A DNA stretch of 48,392 bases. Origin: a virus. Lineage: Duplodnaviria; Caudoviricetes. This document shows positions 1 to 7,441 of the stretch, piece by piece. A program made the translations under genes and the position numbers. The stretch's first letter is position 1. Every line of letters begins with the position of its first letter. Under the pieces are notes generated by a model. That model saw nothing but the letters and a program-made list of their open reading frames with translations, did not search any database and was not told the origin of the DNA. The DNA is taken from positions 1 through 48,392 of IMG/VR virus record IMGVR_UViG_3300005253_000348. One strand, 5' to 3'.

Positions 1-356
1 AGTTCTGTATTAAAAATTATGACACCGTAATTTGAATTTAATTCGGAAACATAATCTAACGCGAATTTCGACAACTTTTCCGGCACACAAAACAAAAACC
101 TATTTGGCAAATACCATTGATTCCAAGAGCCTCTATCCGCTGTCTTAAATCGATGGTGTTTGTTGCGCTTTTTTTTCTTTTCCCTCATCAAATCAGATTT
201 TGTTATTTTGACTTCTACCTCTATAAATTCACTGCCTGTGTCAGCGAGAATATCGGCACCCTTACACTCATCAACGCACATACATTGTTTGTTGAATCGA
301 TAGTACTGCATCAAAGCCAATTTCAAATCGAACGCAGTTAATTTATACTTTTCCAT
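1..356 (-). CDS. MmcB-like PD-(D/E)XK nuclease, N-terminal part (continues at 48392)
   Basis: Manual translation from ATG at 356: MEKYKLTAFDLKLALMQYY...GADILAD...FIEVEVKITKSDL...PNRFLFCVP...YGVIIF; open to the window edge; not in the ORF track. Confidence 0.7.
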   Translation of the reverse strand, partial: MEKYKLTAFDLKLALMQYYRFNKQCMCVDECKGADILADTGSEFIEVEVKITKSDLMREKKKKRNKHHRFKTADRGSWNQWYLPNRFLFCVPEKLSKFALDYVSELNSNYGVIIFNTE

Positions 357-553
357 TTTAAGTCTATTTCACAATATCACATATTTCACAGGCTATAATA
401 ATACTAATAGTGTATAACTTAATTATTAGTAGTAGTAATATGGCCTGTTGCATTGTTACTTCCTTTGTAAGCTCCGCGGCCATATACGCTTATACCTCAC
501 AAGCCCTGTTACCAAAATTGTTACATCTGTTATATCGTGTTGGGGAAAAGCTG
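357..553. other. AT-rich non-coding region with short repeats, candidate origin or control region
   Basis: TGTTA(C/T) at 454, 507, 519, 528 and 552; actaata/tattagt inverted repeat at ~403-430. Confidence 0.3.
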
Positions 554-970
554 TTACTTGTCAGGTTTTTCGTCAATCGGGCCTTCACTGTCGCAAAGTC
601 TGCGTTGTTTTTCTTCGTGGTTCATTTCCCGCTCAACAAGTTTTTCGCCGGTGTCCAGCCTCGTCTTGATTACCCTGCCGGCGGCGTAGTCCCTGACTTC
701 CAGACAGTCCACCTTGGCCCACTGTAGCTTGTTCCTGACCCTTGCGGTCAATTTCCGGCTCTCAGCCTCAGCCTGTTCGATTTGAGCCTTGATGTCGGCA
801 TCGTAAGCCTTTTTCTCTTTCTCAAGAGATACAACCAAATCAAGCGACCGAGCCAGTTCTTCCCCGGCGGCAAGCAGTTCTTCCGAGGTCAAATCGACCT
901 TCAGGGTATCTGTGTAGGGTCGCTCAACCTTTGTAACTTTCTTCTGTTTTTTGTCTTTTGCCATGTTCAA
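554..970 (-). CDS. phage hypothetical protein (coiled-coil N-terminal half)
   Basis: 138 aa; AAAGGAG SD upstream; likely start ATG at 964. Confidence 0.7.
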   Translation of the reverse strand: MNMAKDKKQKKVTKVERPYTDTLKVDLTSEELLAAGEELARSLDLVVSLEKEKKAYDADIKAQIEQAEAESRKLTARVRNKLQWAKVDCLEVRDYAAGRVIKTRLDTGEKLVEREMNHEEKQRRLCDSEGPIDEKPDK

Positions 971-979
971 TGCTCCTTT

Positions 980-1125
980 CTAAATTGAAAAAATAAGCCC
1001 AACGGGAGGCAAACATAGCTCGAACAGGCCGAGACATGAACCGCTGGGCTTTGAAGTTACTGAGCCGCCTATTCTTACTATATTTGCCATACTCACCTAT
1101 ATACCCGCTATTTTTGAGAAGTCAA
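980..1125 (-). promoter_or_regulatory. promoter plus attenuator-like leader with a 36-aa uORF
   Basis: TTGACT (1125-1120), 16 bp, TATATA; stems 995-1005/1041-1051 followed by a T tract; competing pair 1008-1018/1078-1088; uORF 1090-980. Confidence 0.5.
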
Positions 1126-1175
1126 GCTAAATTTATTATATTATTACAGGCCGTTTGCGGTACGGCCCAGAACCG

Positions 1176-1514
1176 CTAATTCAGTGCATCTTTCAGGGCT
1201 TTGTAGCTCTTGTCGCTTATCTCCACAGGCTCCTGCCCGTCAAAGGCTATGGTGTGGGGCTTGGACTTAATCTTTTCGAGGCAGAAGAAGGGCCAGTCGT
1301 AATTTTGAAGTCTTATCCAGCAGTCGCGTATCACAACAACCTTTTGTTCTTCTCCTACTGACCCAGCTTTTGCAGAGCCAACTGTGGCGATGATAAGACT
1401 GCCCATCTCATTGTCTTTCACTCCCCTTAAAATTTTCACCGTATCTCCCACCTTCACATCGTACAGGTCAACCCACGCGGCCTGCATTACTTTGTATGCT
1501 CCTTTAATGTCCAT
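1176..1514 (-). CDS. hypothetical protein
   Basis: 112 aa with SD, co-directional with neighbours. Confidence 0.6.
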   Translation of the reverse strand: MDIKGAYKVMQAAWVDLYDVKVGDTVKILRGVKDNEMGSLIIATVGSAKAGSVGEEQKVVVIRDCWIRLQNYDWPFFCLEKIKSKPHTIAFDGQEPVEISDKSYKALKDALN

Positions 1515-1530
1515 CTTTCCAATCCTTTCA

Positions 1531-2010
1531 TTAAATGTTTATTCTTGGGTCTGTTTGTTGGCACTCTAAATCGAAAATTGTTGTATCATCGAGCAGTTTA
1601 GATTCTCTCTTTAGCTGTCTGAGTAGTGCTTTCTTTTCGTCCTTTGAGGGTTGTCGGTTGGATATTTCGCCCCGCTTGTGGTGGCCCTCAGCAGCTTTTA
1701 AGACGAAAAGTCGGGGCCGGTTGACTCTTTCTAATTTGAGATGATATCGCCGCCTGAAATCATGGTTATTTTCGTGCGGGGCGTCTACGTTTACTTTATG
1801 GCATTTGTAGCATAGACAGACGAAATAGGCTGGATTGTGGCGGAGTTCCCACGGTACGGCCCCAAAGAAGTAGTGGTGCATGTGTGGCCTCGTTATATCG
1901 CTGCCCTGCTCGTTGACCGGCTCATCGCATATTTCACACCGCATTTGGGCCTGCAAGTATCTTATCCTCTTGCATTCGCGGGTAATCCGATAGTCTATGC
2001 CTGATTCCAT
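1531..2010 (-). CDS. HNH/NinG-like zinc-binding nuclease
   Basis: CEIC...HMHH...N...CLCYKCH pattern. Confidence 0.55.
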   Translation of the reverse strand: MESGIDYRITRECKRIRYLQAQMRCEICDEPVNEQGSDITRPHMHHYFFGAVPWELRHNPAYFVCLCYKCHKVNVDAPHENNHDFRRRYHLKLERVNRPRLFVLKAAEGHHKRGEISNRQPSKDEKKALLRQLKRESKLLDDTTIFDLECQQTDPRINI

Positions 2011-2657
2011 TAGAAACGTCCTTGGTCAACGTGCTCGAATGTAACACCGGCGATCTTGAAGTCGGGGTCGAGTAGCTTTGTCTTTTTGTCGATGTGATCC
2101 TGCATGTGCCGGCGGATTTTAACTTCATCGACTTCCAGATATTGGCGGGGCACTGCCTGAGCGTCAACTACTGTGTGCTGCCAGACCTTGCTGACTTTTG
2201 TGGTGTCTGTGAAAGTTTGCTGGATTGGGGCCGCAACTGGGGTCTTAGCTTCGCCGTCGCCCTTCAAACTTTTAGATATGTTCTGTCGGCGTTCGAGTTC
2301 TTTTTGTGCTGCTTCCTGTGCTTTGCGGTTTTCTTTGTCGATTCTTTCCTGCTCTACCCGCCGCCATGACATTAGCTTGTTTTTCAGCGTCCCCATAGCT
2401 TCCTTGACAGGATCAGATACGTTTTTGAACATATCATCCAAGGCTTTCTTTGCGGCCAATATCGGCCTGCCTACCGCAAGTCGCTTATTGTCCATTGCCT
2501 TCAAGCCGGCGTTCATTCTGTTCAGCAGGATATTGGCGTTGTCGGCATCCTGTTGGCAAGCTACCGACAGTTTTATCGCGGCCTCGATGAGACCTTGACC
2601 TTTGTTTTTACATTCCTCTACTGCCTCTGCATTGGTTTGTTGTGCTAACTCTTGCAT
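2010..2657 (-). CDS. coiled-coil recombination-associated protein (Gp157/Gam-like)
   Basis: Long helical region; C-terminal VVDAQAVPRQYL...IAGVTF; adjacent to ERF-like gene. Confidence 0.4.
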   Translation of the reverse strand: MQELAQQTNAEAVEECKNKGQGLIEAAIKLSVACQQDADNANILLNRMNAGLKAMDNKRLAVGRPILAAKKALDDMFKNVSDPVKEAMGTLKNKLMSWRRVEQERIDKENRKAQEAAQKELERRQNISKSLKGDGEAKTPVAAPIQQTFTDTTKVSKVWQHTVVDAQAVPRQYLEVDEVKIRRHMQDHIDKKTKLLDPDFKIAGVTFEHVDQGRF

Positions 2658-3289
2658 TGCTTTTTCCTCGCTTTCTTGGTTTTTTTGACACTCTTTTTGG
2701 TTTTCTTTTCAGCAGGCGTGGGGTCGGTAGGTGTGGGATCGCCCCCATAAAAGTCTCTCATGGCCTGTATCACTTCGTCTGGGGTCATATCGTGGATAGT
2801 TTTCTCGCCAACATGAAACTGCTCATCTTGGGTTTCTCTCCAATTAGCCATGAATGAAGCTAACAGGAATTGTTTCATCGCCAGAGTTTGAGCTGTGTTC
2901 GCGGCCCAAAATGAATTGCGGCCCGTCCCTACTCCCCATCCAATTACTGAAAAGCCGGTCTTTGTATCTGTGATTTGATATGCCCCGGCCACAGCACATA
3001 AACCTTGATTGATACTGACCTGTGGCATCATATCAGGGGCCGCTACCGGGCTGACTGTGAGGCCGACAGTCTGAAAAGCCTCAAAGTACAGCTTTCGTAC
3101 CTGTGAAGCTTCTGTGAATTTGTATGTTTCGCCGCCCTCATCTTGTGTCGATTCGCCGGTTTCCTCGATGTATGGAATTAACTTGAGGACTCTGAGCCGT
3201 TTTTTCTCAAGCTCTATGCGAAGCTGTAATTCGGTGGGAACCCGGTAGACGATCTTAGTTTTGGCTTTTTTCTTTTTTTGCTTTGCCAT
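2645..3289 (-). CDS. ERF-superfamily ssDNA annealing protein
   Basis: YKFTEASQV...FQTVGL...YQITD...GWGVG...AQTLAMKQFLLASF resembles the ERF core. Confidence 0.6.
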   Translation of the reverse strand: MAKQKKKKAKTKIVYRVPTELQLRIELEKKRLRVLKLIPYIEETGESTQDEGGETYKFTEASQVRKLYFEAFQTVGLTVSPVAAPDMMPQVSINQGLCAVAGAYQITDTKTGFSVIGWGVGTGRNSFWAANTAQTLAMKQFLLASFMANWRETQDEQFHVGEKTIHDMTPDEVIQAMRDFYGGDPTPTDPTPAEKKTKKSVKKTKKARKKQCKS

Positions 3290-3332
3290 CTGTATCTCCT
3301 TTCAATTATTGCTGGCCGTGGGTGCGGCCGAG

Positions 3333-3572
3333 TTACTCCTTTTCAGGATTGGCATTTCTAATCATTTCGAAGATTTGGCAAGCAATATGTTCTGCCTCAG
3401 CAATAGTTACTTCACAAGGCAATTCTTCCCATAAAAAATTGTTGATTTTAATTTTCAGTCTTGCATCTTCGTTCTCTCCTGCGGGCAAAGGTTGTTTTGG
3501 CATGAGTTCATTAACTTTCCGCACCGTTTCGTCTCCATATTCTCGTACTGTTGCTGTATTCATTTTGTCCAA
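3333..3572 (-). CDS. hypothetical protein
   Basis: 79 aa; GAAAGGA SD. Confidence 0.55.
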   Translation of the reverse strand: MDKMNTATVREYGDETVRKVNELMPKQPLPAGENEDARLKIKINNFLWEELPCEVTIAEAEHIACQIFEMIRNANPEKE

Positions 3573-3672
3573 TTCCTTTCATAAAGTGCTCGGCGGCTCA
3601 GTTCCGTCCGTACCACCGAGCGTTAAAATTAGTCGCTTCCTTGCTGGAGAGGCAAATGTTGAGGAGATTGCC

Positions 3673-4053
3673 TCATTTTGGCTCCAGTATTTTGTCGATG
3701 CGAGCCTCAGTTTCAATTTCCCATTCATTCAATGTTTCAAGGAAACAATCCCAAGCCCCAACCCCATCACAGCCATCATCTTGGGCTTTGCCATATTCAC
3801 TTATGGGCACATTATCTATCGCCTTCAATGCCACTTCCAGCGCTTCGCACAGCGCAGGGACGTCTACGGCACGTTTGTTCCAAGCGGTGATAGCTTCGGC
3901 TTTCGTTCCCATATAGCCGGGGTGTGCCCCACAGTCAAGACAGTGTACGGCTGTTTCGTATGGATTAAGTTTTCCTTCTCCCCTACAAAACGGACAGGGT
4001 AAAAGCCCGTTCTTCGCCTCTGCCGCTGCCTTGATTAGGTCAAGATTGGTCAT
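3673..4053 (-). CDS. Lar-like restriction alleviation zinc-finger protein
   Basis: LLPCPFCRGEG...CLDCGA...EAITAWNKR. Confidence 0.7.
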   Translation of the reverse strand: MTNLDLIKAAAEAKNGLLPCPFCRGEGKLNPYETAVHCLDCGAHPGYMGTKAEAITAWNKRAVDVPALCEALEVALKAIDNVPISEYGKAQDDGCDGVGAWDCFLETLNEWEIETEARIDKILEPK

Positions 4054-4096
4054 GGGGATTCCTCCTTAAACGCTTTAGTTCGGCGGCAGTTGCCGC

Positions 4097-4384
4097 TTAC
4101 CATTCCATTTTCTCTGTTCTAAAGCTCGCCAAAGCGATTGCACAGCCTACTGCTACATCCAAAATCTCACCCATGAAATTATGTAGTTCTTCATTTTCAC
4201 AGGCGTATATTGCTTCGTTAAATTCTTCAAGAATAACTCCCATTACTTCATGGCGAGATACAAAAATCCCTCGCCCTTTTTCATCGAGCCTATCTTCTAT
4301 CTTATGCTCGATAATTTTTACTACGTCCCTTACCAACTCTTTTGATATTTGCGGTCTTTCCATTTCAATCTTTCCTTTCTGCAT
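4097..4384 (-). CDS. MazG-like NTP pyrophosphohydrolase fold protein
   Basis: HEVMGVILEEFNEA...GEILDVA (EExxE...ExxD). Confidence 0.55.
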   Translation of the reverse strand: MQKGKIEMERPQISKELVRDVVKIIEHKIEDRLDEKGRGIFVSRHEVMGVILEEFNEAIYACENEELHNFMGEILDVAVGCAIALASFRTEKMEW

Positions 4385-4395
4385 AATGCACAGTC

Positions 4396-4728
4396 TCAGC
4401 CATTGTCGGACTCCTCAAGCCTCTGTTTGTTAAGGGCTATGATTTTTTCGTTGAATTTGATGGGGGTTCCATAACCATAAATACCGCTCATACAATCAAA
4501 CGTGGGGTCAACGAGTACGCCAGGACAGCTAAGGCAAAAGCCCTGCTCAGAGTTTTCTCCACCCTGCTCATTATGATATTGGCAAAAGTGGCAATCATTT
4601 ATTAATGAGTCACAATTATTTGCTTTCATCCACTCGTGCTTGAGGCCAATTGCACCGCGAGTAGAGCTTTGTTCAGCAATCCATTTCCACATTTTCAGGC
4701 AGTTTTTCCAAGTATCGTTAAGATTCAT
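4396..4728 (-). CDS. Cys-rich hypothetical protein
   Basis: CHFC, CLSCP; coupled to neighbours. Confidence 0.55.
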   Translation of the reverse strand: MNLNDTWKNCLKMWKWIAEQSSTRGAIGLKHEWMKANNCDSLINDCHFCQYHNEQGGENSEQGFCLSCPGVLVDPTFDCMSGIYGYGTPIKFNEKIIALNKQRLEESDNG

Positions 4729-5072
4729 TTGTCAATCTCCTTGTACTGGGTGAGGACGGCCTTGGCTTGTTTGATAAACAATTTGCCTTCAGGATAATCC
4801 ATTTCTTTTCCTAACTTTTTTGCAATGTCCATATGACCATCCATCGCTACTTTGAAAGAATTAGCTATTTCTTCTAATAGCCCCGCCATCTCCCCCACAA
4901 TCCCACCTTCTTCAAAGGCGTTCCAGCACTTGACGAGGTGGGCGGCGTTGGCTTTGTGTTTGGCCTCAGTTGTCCTGACGCTCGACGTGAAGCATTTGAA
5001 CAATAACAAGTCCGCAACCCACAACGATATGCCGCTTTTGCTTAATCTTATTTTCCCTTTACTTCGTTCCAT
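4725..5072 (-). CDS. hypothetical protein
   Basis: ANAAHLVKCWNA motif common in phage accessory proteins; AAGGAG SD. Confidence 0.6.
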   Translation of the reverse strand: MERSKGKIRLSKSGISLWVADLLLFKCFTSSVRTTEAKHKANAAHLVKCWNAFEEGGIVGEMAGLLEEIANSFKVAMDGHMDIAKKLGKEMDYPEGKLFIKQAKAVLTQYKEIDK

Positions 5073-5104
5073 AATCTACTCCTTTGCCCCTGTTAGGGGG
5101 CGGG

Positions 5105-5344
5105 TTAAGAGCTAGTACATTTTTCGCAAAACTCACCGGATTTCATTAAGGCCCGTCCGTTCGGAATAGACGTTGTGCCAATACAAGTAGAGTGCTTGCA
5201 GCAAACAACGGCATATTTATTATCAGTATCAATGCCTTGCTTTTCTGCCAAATAAAGAACCATCCAGCCCCGATGTATCGGATGTCGCCGACTTGCGATG
5301 TATCCGGCATCGTTGTTATGTGGCTTTCTTTTGCTCATCTTCAA
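5105..5344 (-). CDS. hypothetical protein
   Basis: 79 aa; CCKH and CEKC. Confidence 0.55.
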   Translation of the reverse strand: MKMSKRKPHNNDAGYIASRRHPIHRGWMVLYLAEKQGIDTDNKYAVVCCKHSTCIGTTSIPNGRALMKSGEFCEKCTSS

Positions 5345-5366
5345 ACCTCTACTTTCTACCCTTATG

Positions 5367-5576
5367 CTAAGTTAAACATTCGGGACAACTCAACTCGCCT
5401 TCGCTATTCATGGTCATACAGTCTCTGCAACCGTAGAAATCGCAACTGTCGCAGGCGAAAACTTCATAAACTAATTCATCGCAACTCTCACAGCGTTTTT
5501 CTTTCTGCGGCCCGACTACGGATGGATCGCGTTCGTCTGTTATGACGCTATCAAGACTGGCTTGCCATGATTCCAT
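5367..5576 (-). CDS. small zinc-finger protein
   Basis: Four CxxC motifs in 69 aa. Confidence 0.55.
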   Translation of the reverse strand: MESWQASLDSVITDERDPSVVGPQKEKRCESCDELVYEVFACDSCDFYGCRDCMTMNSEGELSCPECLT

Positions 5577-5818
5577 TATTTAGTCTCCACGATTTCAAAG
5601 GTTAAGGCGTTGGCTGTGTTGGTTATCTTGCCGAGACTGTTTGGGGGCATTTTGAAGAAGGGGAATAGGCGCTCAAAAGTGCTTGCACAGAAACTACTTA
5701 AGGCACAACCCGCATACCACCATTGCTCTTTCTGAATCCATTTGGGCTTACAAGACCGAATCTCATAGCCCCCCGTGCCATCCCTACTTATCCACACTAC
5801 TGATTTTTTCTTAGGCAT
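5576..5818 (-). CDS. hypothetical protein
   Basis: 80 aa; stop overlaps next start. Confidence 0.55.
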   Translation of the reverse strand: MPKKKSVVWISRDGTGGYEIRSCKPKWIQKEQWWYAGCALSSFCASTFERLFPFFKMPPNSLGKITNTANALTFEIVETK

Positions 5819-5990
5819 TTTTCACTTCCTTTCCCAAACCGCCGTTCGTAATCTCTTTATTTACTTTCTAATTTATTATTGCTTGCGTATCCTACTGGGT
5901 GGCTCTGCAAGATACGTCGCGAATGTTACCGAGCCGGTCGCCATTTAATCCACCACTGCCAGCTTCGAATCTGGCATAACATCCATCGAA

Positions 5991-6064
5991 TAGGCGGGGC
6001 CGGATTCGAACCAGCGACCTCCGGACACCTGCCCGGCGCTCTCCCATTACTGAGCTACCCGCCA
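5991..6064 (-). tRNA. tRNA-like element with aberrant 6-nt anticodon loop (no assignable anticodon)
   Basis: TGGCGGG TA GCTC AGTAATGGGA GAGC G CCGGG CAGGTG TCCGG AGGTC GCTGG TTCGAAT CCGGC CCCGCCT A; all four stems pair; no encoded CCA. Confidence 0.75.
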
Positions 6065-6118
6065 CTGCACTTATGAACTTGTAAAAAGTAGAGCCGGAGC
6101 CACAACGGACTCCGCGAC

Positions 6119-6328
6119 TTATAAAACTATATCCGGTTCTGCCGCTTTGCAACATACATCATCACAGTATATCTTTTGAGGTTCTCCGTCCGCTCTTTCG
6201 GCTGCCCCATAAAAACCGTCTGCCTCGCTTACATACTTACCACACTTCCCACAGTGATAATCTTCGCTGTCTATACAATTTGAATAACTTACAACATCGA
6301 TTCCACTGTATTCTGGATCTCCGCTCAT
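6119..6328 (-). CDS. small Cys-rich protein
   Basis: CGKC, CDDVCC; GGGAG SD. Confidence 0.55.
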   Translation of the reverse strand: MSGDPEYSGIDVVSYSNCIDSEDYHCGKCGKYVSEADGFYGAAERADGEPQKIYCDDVCCKAAEPDIVL

Positions 6329-6523
6329 AATAAGATGCTCCCTTCAGAAAAGCGGGACGGGACCACGGCTGCGGACCCGCCCCTAATCACGTTTCGCGTT
6401 GTCGAGACGTATAGCGTGATTTGCTTGCTTCGGTTTGTTTGACAATTTTTCATTTGACGCCTCGACAACAATTTAACTTTTTACAACTATACCTATTATC
6501 GACTATTCGATTTGATTTGTAAA
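6325..6523 (-). promoter_or_regulatory. sigma70-type promoter plus attenuator-like leader with a 42-aa uORF
   Basis: TTTACA (6523-6518), 17 bp, GATAAT (6500-6495); 13-nt inverted repeat 6457-6469/6398-6410; GC hairpin plus TTTT at ~6348-6383; uORF 6453-6325. Confidence 0.55.
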
Positions 6524-6623
6524 GGGAAAAATAAAATATATTGAAAATTTTAAGTCTTTTGTGTGGCTGGACTTACAAGCGTTATCAGTTGAACTTATAT
6601 ACTTAGTAGCAAATATGATAATG

Positions 6624-6656
6624 AAAAAAGAGCCTGCCAGTTGTTCTGACAGGCCC
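6624..6656 (-). terminator. intrinsic terminator
   Basis: GGGCCTGTCAG-AACAA-CTGGCAGGCTC-TTTTTT. Confidence 0.8.
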
Positions 6657-6729
6657 ATGTGTAGAATTGTGATTCATTTAGTTCATGTTACACCTCCAAT
6701 CTTGCAAGATTTCTAAAGTGTAAAAATGT

Positions 6730-6757
6730 ATTATATGGTTGCGGGCCTGCATGTCAA
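6730..6757 (-). promoter_or_regulatory. consensus sigma70 promoter
   Basis: TTGACA, 16 bp, TATAAT. Confidence 0.75.
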
Positions 6758-6939
6758 ATAGAAAATAAAATATTTTTCTCGATAATCGCTACCATGTCTT
6801 CGGCCTCGAACATAGCCTCGTTGCAGTCTACTATTACTACATTCGTGGTGTGGCCGCGCCGTAAGTCCATTCTGCGCTTTCTTAGTATCTCTCTGGTAAG
6901 TACAAGCTCGCTCTTCCAATATGCTAAGTCTTTTTCCAT
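6754..6939 (-). CDS. hypothetical protein
   Basis: 61-aa helical ORF. Confidence 0.4.
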   Translation of the reverse strand: MEKDLAYWKSELVLTREILRKRRMDLRRGHTTNVVIVDCNEAMFEAEDMVAIIEKNILFSI

Positions 6940-6984
6940 ACTGCTTTTTCGGTATATCGAAGCCGAAATCTTTAATGTTTTTTG

Positions 6985-7016
6985 AAAAAGCCGCCCCGCT
7001 GTATACGGGACGACTT
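6985..7016 (-). terminator. intrinsic terminator ending the late/lysis operon
   Basis: AAGTCGTCCCG-TATACAG-CGGGGCGGCTT-TTT directly after the DUF1353 gene. Confidence 0.7.
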
Positions 7017-7035
7017 AGGAGGAGGGTGATGATAA

Positions 7036-7437
7036 CTATTTATTCCAAGCCTTTTCACCGAATCTGTCAACGGCCCAATAGAATATGGCGATATCTCTTT
7101 TGTATCTCTTTGTGATTTTGCCGGTCAGGTTACGAGCTATAACTTTCATGGCCTCTACCATTATATCATCCCACCATCCTTTAGGCTTGCCGTTATGGTC
7201 TCGGTAGCCCTTATCGTGGATTGCTACGGCCTTAGCGTACCAGCCGATTGCTGGGTACAGCCAACGAATCACCCGTGGCGTAGAGGCGAAGTCGAGAACA
7301 AAGCCCACCTCTATCTCAATCTTCTCTCCGGCCTCGGTAATATACTCGAATGGCGCGGTGATGACATATAGTTGGCGATGCCAGAAGTGCTTCTTCGGAA
7401 TCTTGTCCCATTCGAGCTTTTTTGTGAAACTGCTGAT
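7036..7437 (-). CDS. DUF1353-family protein (probable ATC start)
   Basis: GFVLDFASTPR...AVAIHDKGY...FYWAVDRFG; frame open back to ATC-AGC-AGT-TTC, 8 nt after an AAGGA SD. Confidence 0.7.
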   Translation of the reverse strand: MSSFTKKLEWDKIPKKHFWHRQLYVITAPFEYITEAGEKIEIEVGFVLDFASTPRVIRWLYPAIGWYAKAVAIHDKGYRDHNGKPKGWWDDIMVEAMKVIARNLTGKITKRYKRDIAIFYWAVDRFGEKAWNK

Positions 7438-7441
7438 ATTG

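Noticed and set aside
3300-5104. Small intergenic hairpins (~3312-3330, 3588-3621, 4083-4096, 5085-5101)
   Set aside because: They are short, share no sequence and lack U tracts, which is too weak to assign a function.
5991-6064. attP/att site marking a prophage boundary
   Set aside because: No integrase was recognised, no duplicate tRNA fragment was seen and phage genes continue on both sides.
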